In this document: positions 40,418-50,018 of the stretch, piece after piece
Layout of the letters: each line of letters starts with the position of its first letter
Numbering within the stretch: position 1 is the stretch's first letter
Source: Vulcanimicrobiota bacterium
GTDB lineage: Bacteria; Vulcanimicrobiota; Vulcanimicrobiia; Vulcanimicrobiales; Vulcanimicrobiaceae
DNA: 64,000 nucleotides
NCBI GenBank assembly: GCA_963795855.1
Contig: CAWCIZ010000004.1
Location: 128,001-192,000 of the forward strand
Reading direction: 5' to 3'
Translations under genes and position numbers: made by a program
Notes under the pieces: model-generated
Told to the model about the DNA's origin: nothing
Databases searched by the model: none
Seen by the model: the letters and a program-made list of their open reading frames with translations, nothing else

Positions 40418-41961
40418 CCGGCAATGCGCGCGGCCGCAAAGGCCACGAGCAGCAGCGTTTCTACGAGCGAGCAGAAGATGCCCGCCGCGATCGATCCGCC
40501 CATCGTGCGCAGCACGACGAGGGTCATGACTGCGGCAATCAACGGCGGAGCGGCGAACAGATACGTAATCAGCGCGCGCACGAACGCAAGCGGTCCGCGC
40601 TGATCGATCGTTGAAGGGAAGAGCGCATACAACGCAAGTCCGACCGCGCGAAGATACAGCACGAGCGCGATTGCAATCGGAATGCCCGCGGCAGCGACGG
40701 CACCCGCGTGCAGCGCGAGCGCCCACGAGCCGATGCCGATTCCCAAGCACGCCGCAAGGCGCCACGACGTGCCGGCGATCCAAGCGAAAAGCCGCAGCCA
40801 AAGCGGATCGCGGCCCATCCACCACAGGGGTTTGGAAATATCTGAAGAGAGCGCTACCGCGGAGCCCATTGCGACGAAAATCACGATCATATTTCCGGCC
40901 ATCGCTGCGAACGCCGCCGTCTCGCCCAGTTTGTCCGCCGATCCGGCGATGACTCGCCCGAAAAGCGCGCCGACTGCCGCGCACGCCAACAAACCGAAGT
41001 AAAACATGCGTTGCATCGACGGCGAACGCACGAAGGCAATCCACTCTTTCCAAACGATCGTCCACGGACCGCGAAATACGTCGAAGATTGGATGCGCGCC
41101 CGACGCTGCGTGCTGCCGATAACTGTGCTCGATCGAAAGCACTGCCGCGCCGCGGCGCCGATCCCGAAACTCCAGCACACGGAGCGAAGAGGCGTAGAGA
41201 TCTGGGTAAAGTCCCGCGCCGCAAAAATAGGCAAGCACGATAGCCAGCGCGGCCGCGCAATACAAGGCAGCGATCGCCGCGAAGTGCCCGTCGAACAGCG
41301 CGGTGAAGGCGAATCCCGCCCCGATGTGTTCGAGCCGATGCGCCCAGAGCCGATCCGTCGAGTCTGCGGGCAGACTTGCGAATAGCACGGACATCGGCAG
41401 AATTCCAACCGCCGCCACTGCGCCCGCAAGGCTTTGCGCGGTTCGGATGCCGGTAATCCGCCGAAGCTTGAGCATCGGAATCGCCGTTGCCGTCGCAATT
41501 ATGGTTCCACCGATCATCGCGAGGCCTATTCCGGCGAACGTTCCGGATCGAGAGAACACGAGAGCGTAAAGCAGCAGGGTGAAGAAGAGACGCGCAATTG
41601 CGGATCCGGAGCGGCGCAGTTGCAGCCACATGACGACCAGCCGCTGCGATATCAGCGAGCCGGTGAGAAAGCGCGCATCCGAAGCGGATGAAAACGCGCC
41701 GACGATTCCCGACGCTGCACCGTACATCATGATCCCGAGCAGCGTAATGTACGCGAAAAACAGACCGCTCGCGTATGGCTCCGGTATGGCGAAAACCGGC
41801 AGCGCGTGATGAGCGCGCGAGCGCAGCACCGTGGCGACTACGAAGTATCCCACCGCAAGCAGGTAAAGCACCATACGGCTGGGCCGGCGCAGCGCTTCTC
41901 GAATCCGGTTGACGATCTGCCGGGACTCGAGATACGCCAGCGCGGAAAGGTCGGCGATCAT
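40381..41961 (-). CDS. Putative ABC exporter permease (multi-TM)
   Basis: About 12 hydrophobic segments; start overlaps the ABC ATPase stop. Confidence 0.75.
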   Translation of the reverse strand: MIADLSALAYLESRQIVNRIREALRRPSRMVLYLLAVGYFVVATVLRSRAHHALPVFAIPEPYASGLFFAYITLLGIMMYGAASGIVGAFSSASDARFLTGSLISQRLVVMWLQLRRSGSAIARLFFTLLLYALVFSRSGTFAGIGLAMIGGTIIATATAIPMLKLRRITGIRTAQSLAGAVAAVGILPMSVLFASLPADSTDRLWAHRLEHIGAGFAFTALFDGHFAAIAALYCAAALAIVLAYFCGAGLYPDLYASSLRVLEFRDRRRGAAVLSIEHSYRQHAASGAHPIFDVFRGPWTIVWKEWIAFVRSPSMQRMFYFGLLACAAVGALFGRVIAGSADKLGETAAFAAMAGNMIVIFVAMGSAVALSSDISKPLWWMGRDPLWLRLFAWIAGTSWRLAACLGIGIGSWALALHAGAVAAAGIPIAIALVLYLRAVGLALYALFPSTIDQRGPLAFVRALITYLFAAPPLIAAVMTLVVLRTMGGSIAAGIFCSLVETLLLVAFAAARIAGQGTGFARAEAM

Positions 41962-42669
41962 CGCGTCAATTCGAGGAAGAGGTCTTCGGCGTTTGAGTGC
42001 GTTCCGGCACGCTCCTGCAGTTCTTCAAACGTCCCCGCGGCGATCGTGCGTCCGTTTTTCAAGATCACGACCCGATCGCAAACGACCTGCGCCTGCTCCA
42101 GCATGTGCGTGCTGATGACCACCGCTTTACCGCCGGCGCGCAGGTTGCGGATGATTTCGCGCAGACTCGCGTTGGCCAAGCGGATCGAGCCCAATCATCG
42201 GCTCGTCGAATAGAATGACCGGCGTCGCGGACAGAACCGTGGCCGCAACGAGGGTTTTCTGGCGCATGCCTTTCGAAAGCGAAGCGCCCAGCGTGTCGCG
42301 CTGATCGCTCATGCCGAAACCGCGAAGCAGTTCTTCCGCGCGCGTTTGCCAGCCGTCTTCCAGGCGGCAACTTTTCGCCACGAACACCATATGCTCCCAA
42401 ACGGTAAGCATCGGATAGACGTCCGGCGTCTCGGGAATCAGCGCAATGGTGCGACCTCTGCTCGAGCCGAGCTCGCGCCCATCCCAGGCGAACGTACCCC
42501 GATCTGCGCGCAAAAGGCCGGCGGCACACATGAACGTCGTACTCTTCCCGGCGCCGTTCGGGCCCAGCAGCCCGACGATCTCGCCGCCGCGCACCTCGAA
42601 CGAAACGTCTTCGACGGCGTTTTTATTTCCGAAGCGTTTGCTCAGGCCGCTCACTCGCAGGACGGGCAT
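41958..42669 (-). CDS. ABC transporter ATP-binding protein; apparent +1 frameshift at 42165
   Basis: GPNGAGKST, LSKGMRQK, FDEPMIGLDP; removing A42165 gives GQRELREII...ISTH. Confidence 0.9.
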
Positions 42670-43822
42670 AACCGCTAATCCCAGCGGCTCGCGCTTGTTC
42701 CCTGCGCATGATCCGAATGAATACGAAAGGCGCGGCAATCAGCGGGGCGGCGGCGCAAGCGGAAATGGCCGCCGCGTAAGACAGGCCGAATCTGGTAAGC
42801 AACGCCGCCAGCAGCGCTCCGCTCGAGGTTCCGATCGCGAAGGAAAGATTGTAAGCGCCCATGGCGGCGCCGCGCGTTCCGGGCGTGCTTTGCTCGAAGA
42901 ACAGCCCCACGCCCACGGGCACGACCGCGGACCACGCGATGCCGAGCAGTGCGCCCGCAAGCAGCACGCTTGCAGTCGTATGCGCCGAAGCTGCAACTAG
43001 GCATCCCGCGACTTGCGCAACCGCGACCGGCACCGTCATGAAGCGCGGGCCGTACTGTTCCACAAAACGTCCTGCGGGATAGCGAAACGCCGCAGTTACG
43101 ATCGCCATCGAGGTAAAGATGAGCGCGCCGTTGACGATGCCGCGCTGCGTGAACGTCACGACCGCAAGCGCGGTATTCACTCCGCTCTGCATTGCAGCGG
43201 CGCTGAGAAACGCGAGCGCGGGCAGCCACGCGGAACGCATCAGAATCAGGCGCGACCGGCGCTGCGGACGCGCATCGCGCTTCTGCGGCAAGAACCAAAG
43301 CACGATGCCGCCTGCAAGCGTAAGCGCAGCGCCGTATGCAAACTGCCCGCGCCCGATTCCGGAGTTCCACAGCCAAACGCCGACCGCAGGCGCGAACGCG
43401 AAAACGAGATTCGCGATCATGCCGAGCGTCGATACCGCCGAGACCGACCGGTCTTGTGGCACGATTTCCGAAACGTACGCAAATTCCGCCGTTACGTAAC
43501 TCATCATCGAAAAGCCGCGCAGTCCCATCAGCACTCCGCCCCATGCAGGCCCGCGCAAAAACGCCATTCCGAAGGTTGAAAGCGCCATCAGCAGCACCGA
43601 CGCGCGAATCGTTTTCAAACGTCCGATGCGATCGACGACCGCGCCGACCGGCACGCTGCCGAGGAGTTGAGCGAACAGTCCGCCGCCCATCGCGAACGCG
43701 ACCTCGCTGCGCGTTGCACCCTCATGCAGCAGCGCGAGCGGCAGCGCGCCGATCGGCAAGTTACATGCGAATTCGCTCAGGAGCGTCGAGAAGATGAGGA
43801 AGTAAAAAGCGCGTTGCTTCAT
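42623..43822 (-). CDS. MFS transporter
   Basis: GAVVDRIGRL MFS motif A; about 12 TM. Confidence 0.85.
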   Translation of the reverse strand: MKQRAFYFLIFSTLLSEFACNLPIGALPLALLHEGATRSEVAFAMGGGLFAQLLGSVPVGAVVDRIGRLKTIRASVLLMALSTFGMAFLRGPAWGGVLMGLRGFSMMSYVTAEFAYVSEIVPQDRSVSAVSTLGMIANLVFAFAPAVGVWLWNSGIGRGQFAYGAALTLAGGIVLWFLPQKRDARPQRRSRLILMRSAWLPALAFLSAAAMQSGVNTALAVVTFTQRGIVNGALIFTSMAIVTAAFRYPAGRFVEQYGPRFMTVPVAVAQVAGCLVAASAHTTASVLLAGALLGIAWSAVVPVGVGLFFEQSTPGTRGAAMGAYNLSFAIGTSSGALLAALLTRFGLSYAAAISACAAAPLIAAPFVFIRIMRREQARAAGISGYARPASERPEQTLRK

Positions 43823-45641
43823 TCAGGACGACGCGATAGTTCGCGATTCGTCCCGGAATTGCTTGCGATACAAGCGCGCGTATTCTCCGCTGCGGGCCAG
43901 GAGCACGGCATGAGTGCCGCGTTCGACTATGCGACCGCGATCGACTACGAAGATGACGTCCGCCGATAAAATCGTCGAGAGGCGGTGCGCGATTGCAAGC
44001 GTCGTTCGCCCGCGCATAAGCGGAACGAGCGCCGCTTGTATGGCCGCTTCGTTGTGCGAGTCCAGCGCGCTGGTGGCTTCGTCGAGAATGAGAATTTTCG
44101 GATTCTTGAGCAGCACTCGCGCAATCGCCAAGCGTTGGCGTTCGCCGCCGGAAAGTTTGTGACCGCGCTCGCCCACGACCGTGTCGTAACCGGCCGGCAA
44201 CGACGTGATGAAATCGTCGATGTTCGCCGCGCGAGCCGCGGCGCGCAGCTCCTCCTGCGTTGCGTCCGGCTTGGCGTAGCGCAAATTCGAAGTCTACGGT
44301 GTCGTGAAAGAGATACGTTTCCTGCGTTACGATGCCGACGCCTCGCCGCAGCGATTCGAGCGTGAGCGTGCGCACGTCGTAGCCGTCAATGAGCACGCGC
44401 CCGTCATTCGGGTCGTAAAACCGCGGAACGAACTGCGTAATCGTCGTCTTTCCGCCGCCCGACGGTCCGACGAACGCGGCCACCTGACCCGGTTGGATGT
44501 GCAAATCGATTCCGTCGAGGACGGTGCGTTCGCTCGAATAGCCGAACGTCACGTTATCGAAGCGAATCTCGCCGTGTACTTCCGAAAGCGTTACCGCAGC
44601 CTGCGGTTCGTACTCCTCGGGCGCCATGTCGAGGTAATCGAAGATGCGTTCGAAGACGGCGAGCGCGCTCACGATCTGCACTTGGATGCCGGCGAGCGAT
44701 GCGGCCGGGCCGTACAGCCGCTGCTGAATGTATTGCACGAACGCGACCACGACGCCGATTGCGATCGAGCGGCTCAAGGCAAGCCAGCCGCCGCCGAGCC
44801 AAACGATGGCGGGACCGATGATCACCATCGCCGTGATCGCCGCGATGAACCACCGGCCGACCATGGCGAGGCGGACTTCCAGCTCCATCAGTTCCGTGCC
44901 GGCTTTGAAGAAGCGCGCTTTTTCGTACGCCTCACGCGCGAACGACTTGATCAGCGTAATGCCGGATATCGAAAGCGTCTCTTGCGTTATCGACTCGATC
45001 TCGTCGCGCTTCTCGCGCGTTCTGCGGCGGATTTCGTACATGCGCCGCCCGACCGGCGAGAGCGGCAACACCATCAGCGGCACGATGGCTATGGAGAGCA
45101 GCGCCAGGCGCCAATTCCAAAAGAACATCCACACGACGGTCGTCAGAATCGTCACGAAATTGGTAAGCAGGGTGGTGAACGTGCCCGTGACGACGTTGTC
45201 GATGTTGTCGACGTCGTTCGAAACGCGGTTCATGATCTCGCCGGTCTTCGTGCCGGTGAAGAACTTGAGCGGCATTCGATGCAGATGCGAGACGAGGCTC
45301 GTTCGCATGTCACGCATGATGCCTTCGCCGACGATGGAGTTCAAATAACCTTGTGCGACCGTGAGCAGCATCGTGACCAGTGCGGCTGCGAGCATGCCGC
45401 CCACGTCGATTGCGACTTCCCGAAAATTCCCGTGCGGAATCGCTTTGTCGATGATGTGTGCGATGAAATATGCCGGCGCCAAACCGACGAGCGCCGACAC
45501 CACGATGCAAAACAGCACCAAACTCTGCTGCCGCCAATATGGCGAAAACAGCGCGCCGATGCGCCGCCAATCCACGCGTTTGCGGACTTTCGGTTTGTCG
45601 GGGCTGTACATGTTGGACCACATGAGGTGGCCGCCTGACAT
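43823..45641 (-). CDS. ABC exporter, fused permease/ATPase; apparent +1 frameshift at 44293
   Basis: TM domain, GPSGGGKTT, then shifted frame [29 protein letters not shown]; start uncertain (45644/45641/45623). Confidence 0.9.
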
Positions 45642-45651
45642 CACTTTAAAA

Positions 45652-45837
45652 GGCGCTCCGGCCTAGCCTGCGCGCCCCCGAGCGAACAGGATGTGAGCCT
45701 GCCGTTCCGCACACGAGGTGCAATGGGAACGGCCACTTCGTGGGGCCCCCAAAAATTCACGGCGCCTGTATATTCTGCTCGCATGCACTCTCCCCGAGGG
45801 CGCCGCAAACCCACTGCGTGCGGCCCCCAAGCATTCA
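45652..45837 (-). repeat. Dispersed CTAG-loop hairpin element, copy 3 (long composite form)
   Basis: Minus strand GGCGCGCAGGCTAGGCCGGAGCGCC (45676-45652); two 27-nt direct repeats 45733-45759 and 45811-45837 (23/27 identical). Confidence 0.7.
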
Positions 45838-45845
45838 TCAATCGA

Positions 45846-46208
45846 TCAGTGCGGGACGGTGATTTGGTGCAGCGTTACTTTGTTGCCTTCGGGGTCGTGA
45901 AACGAGCCGAGTCTGCAAACGGGCGTTTCGTGAATTTCCTCCGTCTCGACGCCCTTCGATCGCAAATCCGCGAACGTTTTCTCCAAATCGTCGACTTCGA
46001 ACGCGATGCTTCCCGCGGGGCCATTGCCGCCCCACTCCGTCGTCATGAGGGAAAACCAGCCGTTGCCGATCTGCGCTTCGTCGTATTTCAAAACGCCCTC
46101 CTCACTGTATGGGGCGGAAAACTTCAGACCCAGCGCGTCCGTATAGAACGAGCGCAGCCTTTCGACGTCTTCCGCGGGATAGGCGGTGAAGGCAATGTCT
46201 TTGAGCAT
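45846..46208 (-). CDS. VOC/glyoxalase family protein
   Basis: FYTDALGL, IAFEVDDL, FHDPEGN motifs. Confidence 0.85.
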   Translation of the reverse strand: MLKDIAFTAYPAEDVERLRSFYTDALGLKFSAPYSEEGVLKYDEAQIGNGWFSLMTTEWGGNGPAGSIAFEVDDLEKTFADLRSKGVETEEIHETPVCRLGSFHDPEGNKVTLHQITVPH

Positions 46209-46275
46209 GGGGACCCTCCTCGACATGCTTCGACCGGTTCCAGAACGGCGCGGTTTCACGCGCGGACGCGAGGGG

Positions 46276-47304
46276 CTATTTCTTCCCGTTGCGCAGCGCG
46301 GAGAGTTCTTTGAAGAGTTTCTTTTCTTTGTCGCTCAGGTCGGTCGGAAGCTGCCCGATGAGCCGCACGTAGAGGTCGCCCATCCCGCCGTTGCGCACCT
46401 TCGGCATGCCTCTGCCGGTTAGGCGCAGCAGGCGGTTGTTCTGCGTTCCGGACGGCACGGTCATGGTGACTTGTCCGCCCATCGTCGGCACCTTCACTTC
46501 GCCGCCTAAGACCAAATCGTAAACGCTAACGGGAAGGTCGACGTACAGGTCGTCGCCTTTGCGTTTATACGCTGCATCGTCCAACAATTTCACCACCAAA
46601 AATAAGTCGCCGTTAGGGCCGCCGGCGATTCCGGCTCCGCCTTGCCCGGCCAATCGAATGCGCTGCCCTTCGCCGATTCCCTTGGGTATTGTGACTTCGA
46701 ATTTTTTGGAGATCAGCAGCCGGCCGGTGCCGTGGCAATGCGTGCAAAGTCCGCCGCGGTCGGTTCCGGTTCCGCGGCAGCGCGGGCAGACGTCTTCGAC
46801 CTGCAGTGAAACGGATTTCTTTCCGCCGTCGTACACGTCGCGCAGTGAAAGTTCGATCGTCGTTTCGAGATCTTGTCCGCGCTGCGCGAAGCCGGTAGTT
46901 TGCGCAGTGTTGCGTTTCCCGATACCGGAGAAGAACATGTCGAAGAAGTCGGAGAAGCCGCTGGGCCCGCTTCCCTGCGATCCGCCGCCTTGCGTTCCAA
47001 AATCACCGAAACCGAAATTGAACGTCTCATGCTGCGCATTGCGGTAGCGGCGCTGCTGCTCCGCCTGTTGCGCGGCTTGCTGCCAATTGCTGCCGAGAAC
47101 GTCGTACTTGCGGCGCTTTTCCGGATCGCCGAGGACCTCGTATGCCTCTTGAATCTCTTTGAACTTTTCCTCGGCTTCTTTTTGATTGCTCGGATTCGCG
47201 TCCGGGTGCCACTTTCGCGCAAGTTTGCGATACGCGGACTTGATGTCTTTTTCCGGCGCGCTCTTTGGGATGCCGAGGAGCTGATAGTAGTCCTTATAGT
47301 TCAT
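46276..47304 (-). CDS. DnaJ-family co-chaperone (CbpA-like, with a reduced zinc finger)
   Basis: J-domain with HPD, G/F region FSDFF, two CxxCxGxG motifs, DnaJ C-terminal domain. Confidence 0.92.
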   Translation of the reverse strand: MNYKDYYQLLGIPKSAPEKDIKSAYRKLARKWHPDANPSNQKEAEEKFKEIQEAYEVLGDPEKRRKYDVLGSNWQQAAQQAEQQRRYRNAQHETFNFGFGDFGTQGGGSQGSGPSGFSDFFDMFFSGIGKRNTAQTTGFAQRGQDLETTIELSLRDVYDGGKKSVSLQVEDVCPRCRGTGTDRGGLCTHCHGTGRLLISKKFEVTIPKGIGEGQRIRLAGQGGAGIAGGPNGDLFLVVKLLDDAAYKRKGDDLYVDLPVSVYDLVLGGEVKVPTMGGQVTMTVPSGTQNNRLLRLTGRGMPKVRNGGMGDLYVRLIGQLPTDLSDKEKKLFKELSALRNGKK

Positions 47305-47828
47305 GCGCTCTTTGCGACGATGACCTTCGCGGGACGCAAAATCTCCGCGCCCATGGTGTACGCCTTTTGCGCTTCTTCGAGCACGGTGTCGTCTTCCACA
47401 CCGGAAGCTTCCTGCGTGCCGATAGCCTCAGCCAGTTTCGGGTCGAATTTTTGCCCCTTGAGCGAGACCGGTTTGACGCCTTCCATACTGAGCACCGCTT
47501 CGAACCCTTTGAGCGTCTGTTGAACGCCGTTGCGCAGAGCCTCGAGCGAGGTTTCTTCCACGGAGAGAGCGCGCTCGAGGTTGTCTATGACGGGAAGAAA
47601 GCTTTTCAACAGTTCGCGCCGCCCGGAATCGGAAATTTCGCGAATGTTTCGTTCGATGCGTTTCTTGTAGTTCTCGAAATCCGCCATTGCGAGAAGGAAC
47701 TTGTTGTAGTTGTCTTCCGCGCGCGCGTTCGCCGCGTCGATCTGCGACTGCAGATCGGCGACCGATGCGCCGCCGCCGTTTTCAGACGCTGCGGGAACGT
47801 CTGCTTCCGTTACGTATTCGTCTTGCAT
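47301..47828 (-). CDS. grpE: Nucleotide exchange factor GrpE
   Basis: [29 protein letters not shown]. Confidence 0.93.
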   Translation of the reverse strand: MQDEYVTEADVPAASENGGGASVADLQSQIDAANARAEDNYNKFLLAMADFENYKKRIERNIREISDSGRRELLKSFLPVIDNLERALSVEETSLEALRNGVQQTLKGFEAVLSMEGVKPVSLKGQKFDPKLAEAIGTQEASGVEDDTVLEEAQKAYTMGAEILRPAKVIVAKSA

Positions 47829-47848
47829 AAATAATCGTAAATAACAGT

Positions 47849-47936
47849 GCGTTTTTGCTGCGGAACGAGGCTGCGTGAAGCCCGGTGCTAGTTTGCTAGG
47901 CCGGGCTTCACGCTACGGCGTTCCGCACAAAAGTGC
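47849..47936. other. Long intergenic stem-loop between dnaK and grpE
   Basis: GCGTGAAGCCCGG (47873-85)/CCGGGCTTCACGC (47901-13) and TGCGGAACG (47859-67)/CGTTCCGCA (47919-27). Confidence 0.7.
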
Positions 47937-47938
47937 CG

Positions 47939-49795
47939 TTATTTTGCTTCCTTGAATTCGGCGTCGATTACATCTTCAGCCGGTTCCTGAGTCTCCGCGC
48001 CGGCTTCACCTTGGGTCGCGCCTGCGGCTTCGCCGTCCTGCGCGGCGCCGTTTGAGCTCGCCGTCGTCTTTTGGTACAGCAGTTCGGCCATCTTGTAGCT
48101 GGCTTGCTGCAGCCGTTCGATCGCGGGCTTCAGCTCCGCAACGGTTGCGTTCTCGTGCAGCCGTTTGAGCTCGCCAAGCGCGCTTTCGACTTCGCCCCGA
48201 GCGCCGGCGTCGAGTTTGTCGCCGACTTCCTTAAGCGATTTCTCGGTGGAGTACACCAAACTCGAAGCTTGGTTGCGCACTTCGGCCTCTTCACGCTTGG
48301 CTTTGTCCGCAGCAGCCTGCAGCTCCGCATCTTTGACCATGCGCTCGACTTCGTCTTTCGACAGATTCGTCGAAGCGGTGATCGTGATCTGCTGCTCTTT
48401 GCCGGTGCCGAGATCTTTTGCGCTCACGTTCACGATGCCGTTGGCATCGATGTTGAACGTCACTTCGATCTGCGGTACGCCGCGCGGTGCGGCGGGAATG
48501 CCTTCCAAGCGGAAGCGCCCGAGCGTCTTGTTGTCGAGCGCCATGGGCCGTTCGCCTTGCAGCACGTGGATGTCGACCGACGTTTGACCGTCTTCGGCCG
48601 TCGTGAAGACTTGCGACTTCTTCGTCGGAATCGTCGTGTTGCGTTCGATGAGCGCGGTCATTACGCCGCCGAGCGTTTCCAAGCCCAATGAGAGCGGGGT
48701 CACGTCGAGCAGAACGACGTCGCGCACTTCGCCCGCGAGGACGCCGGCTTGAATCGCGGCGCCGACCGCGACGACTTCGTCGGGGTTGACGCTCAGATTC
48801 GGCTCTTTGCCGGTCAATTTCTTGACGAGTTCCTGAATAACCGGCATGCGCGTCGATCCGCCGACCATGACGACTTCGTCGATCTGCGAGATGTCGATCT
48901 TCGCGTCGGCCAGCGCATTCTTGAACGGCTGCACGCAACGGTCGGTGAGATCGCTGGTGAGTTCCTCGAACTTGGCGCGGGTGAGCGTGAAGTCGAGATG
49001 CTTGGGTCCGTTCTGATCCGCTGTGATGAACGGCAGGTTTATGCTCGTCTGCACGACGGAACTCAACTCGATTTTCGCCTTTTCCGCGGCCTCGGTCAGA
49101 CGCTGCATGGCTTGCTTGTCGCCGCTCAGGTCGATGCCTTGCTCTTTGCGGAATTCGGAAACGAGCCACTCGACGATGCGATGATCGTAATCGTCGCCGC
49201 CCAAGTGCGTGTCGCCGTTCGTGGCCTTTACTTCGAAGACGCCGTCACCGACTTCGAGAATCGAAACGTCGAACGTGCCGCCGCCGAGATCCCAGACGAG
49301 GATCGTTTCGCTGCCCTTTTTGTCCAAACCGTACGCCAGGGCCGCGGCCGTGGGTTCGTTGATGATGCGCAGAACGTCCAGTCCGGCGATTTTGCCGGCG
49401 TCTTTGGTTGCCTGGCGCTGCGAGTCGTTGAAGTATGCGGGAACCGTGATGACCGCTTTCGTGACGCGCTCACCCAGATAGTTGCTCGCATCGTTGACGA
49501 GTTTTTGCAGAATCATCGCCGAGATCTCTTGCGGCGAATATTCTTTGCCGTCGATCTTGACGTGATAATCGGTGCCCATGTGCCGCTTGATCGAGGCAAT
49601 GGTGCGATCCGGATTCGTGATGGCTTGGCGTTTCGCGAGTTGTCCCACGAGACGCTCGCCGGTTTTGGTGAACGCCACTACCGACGGAGTCGTGCGCGAC
49701 CCTTCGGCGTTGGCGATAACGGTGGGCGAAGAGCCCTCCATTACGGCGACGACGGAATTCGTCGTGCCCAGGTCGATGCCGACCACTTTTGCCAT
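47939..49795 (-). CDS. dnaK: Chaperone DnaK (Hsp70)
   Basis: [40 protein letters not shown]. Confidence 0.98.
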   Translation of the reverse strand: MAKVVGIDLGTTNSVVAVMEGSSPTVIANAEGSRTTPSVVAFTKTGERLVGQLAKRQAITNPDRTIASIKRHMGTDYHVKIDGKEYSPQEISAMILQKLVNDASNYLGERVTKAVITVPAYFNDSQRQATKDAGKIAGLDVLRIINEPTAAALAYGLDKKGSETILVWDLGGGTFDVSILEVGDGVFEVKATNGDTHLGGDDYDHRIVEWLVSEFRKEQGIDLSGDKQAMQRLTEAAEKAKIELSSVVQTSINLPFITADQNGPKHLDFTLTRAKFEELTSDLTDRCVQPFKNALADAKIDISQIDEVVMVGGSTRMPVIQELVKKLTGKEPNLSVNPDEVVAVGAAIQAGVLAGEVRDVVLLDVTPLSLGLETLGGVMTALIERNTTIPTKKSQVFTTAEDGQTSVDIHVLQGERPMALDNKTLGRFRLEGIPAAPRGVPQIEVTFNIDANGIVNVSAKDLGTGKEQQITITASTNLSKDEVERMVKDAELQAAADKAKREEAEVRNQASSLVYSTEKSLKEVGDKLDAGARGEVESALGELKRLHENATVAELKPAIERLQQASYKMAELLYQKTTASSNGAAQDGEAAGATQGEAGAETQEPAEDVIDAEFKEAK

Positions 49796-49983
49796 GAATT
49801 GTTACTCACTTTCCGAGCCCATGGACCAGCTGTTCGGGAGCGCGCAGTGCGCAGTCCCTACTAAGCCTTGCCGCTTACTGAGCTCAAGGACGGTAGATAC
49901 CAAGGTACGGTCTCAATCATACTACGCGATTCAACCGTACGTGTTCCACCATCCACAACAGCTTTCAGGGCCGAAGGATGCAG

Positions 49984-50012
49984 GAAAGCCCTGCCGGCGG
50001 GGCAGGGCTTTC
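49984..50012 (-). terminator. Stem-loop/terminator downstream of htrA
   Basis: GAAAGCCCTGCC-ggcgg-GGCAGGGCTTTC, 12-bp perfect stem. Confidence 0.65.
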
Positions 50013-50018
50013 GGGACT

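Noticed and set aside
8452..45641. Seven pseudogenes or programmed ribosomal frameshifts
   Set aside because: Each gene has exactly one indel, no other decay and no slippery run, and tmk is normally essential. A shared AGCT-linked sequencing error explains them better.
45733..45837. CRISPR-like repeat-spacer-repeat
   Set aside because: Only two imperfect 27-nt units, a 51-nt structured spacer and no cas genes. It fits the dispersed repeat family instead.
48749..49864. Long antisense ORFs opposite dnaK, and likewise opposite gdhA, bioA, ycf45, rnj and the acyl-CoA dehydrogenase
   Set aside because: Expected shadows of high-GC codon bias; they have no recognisable motifs.
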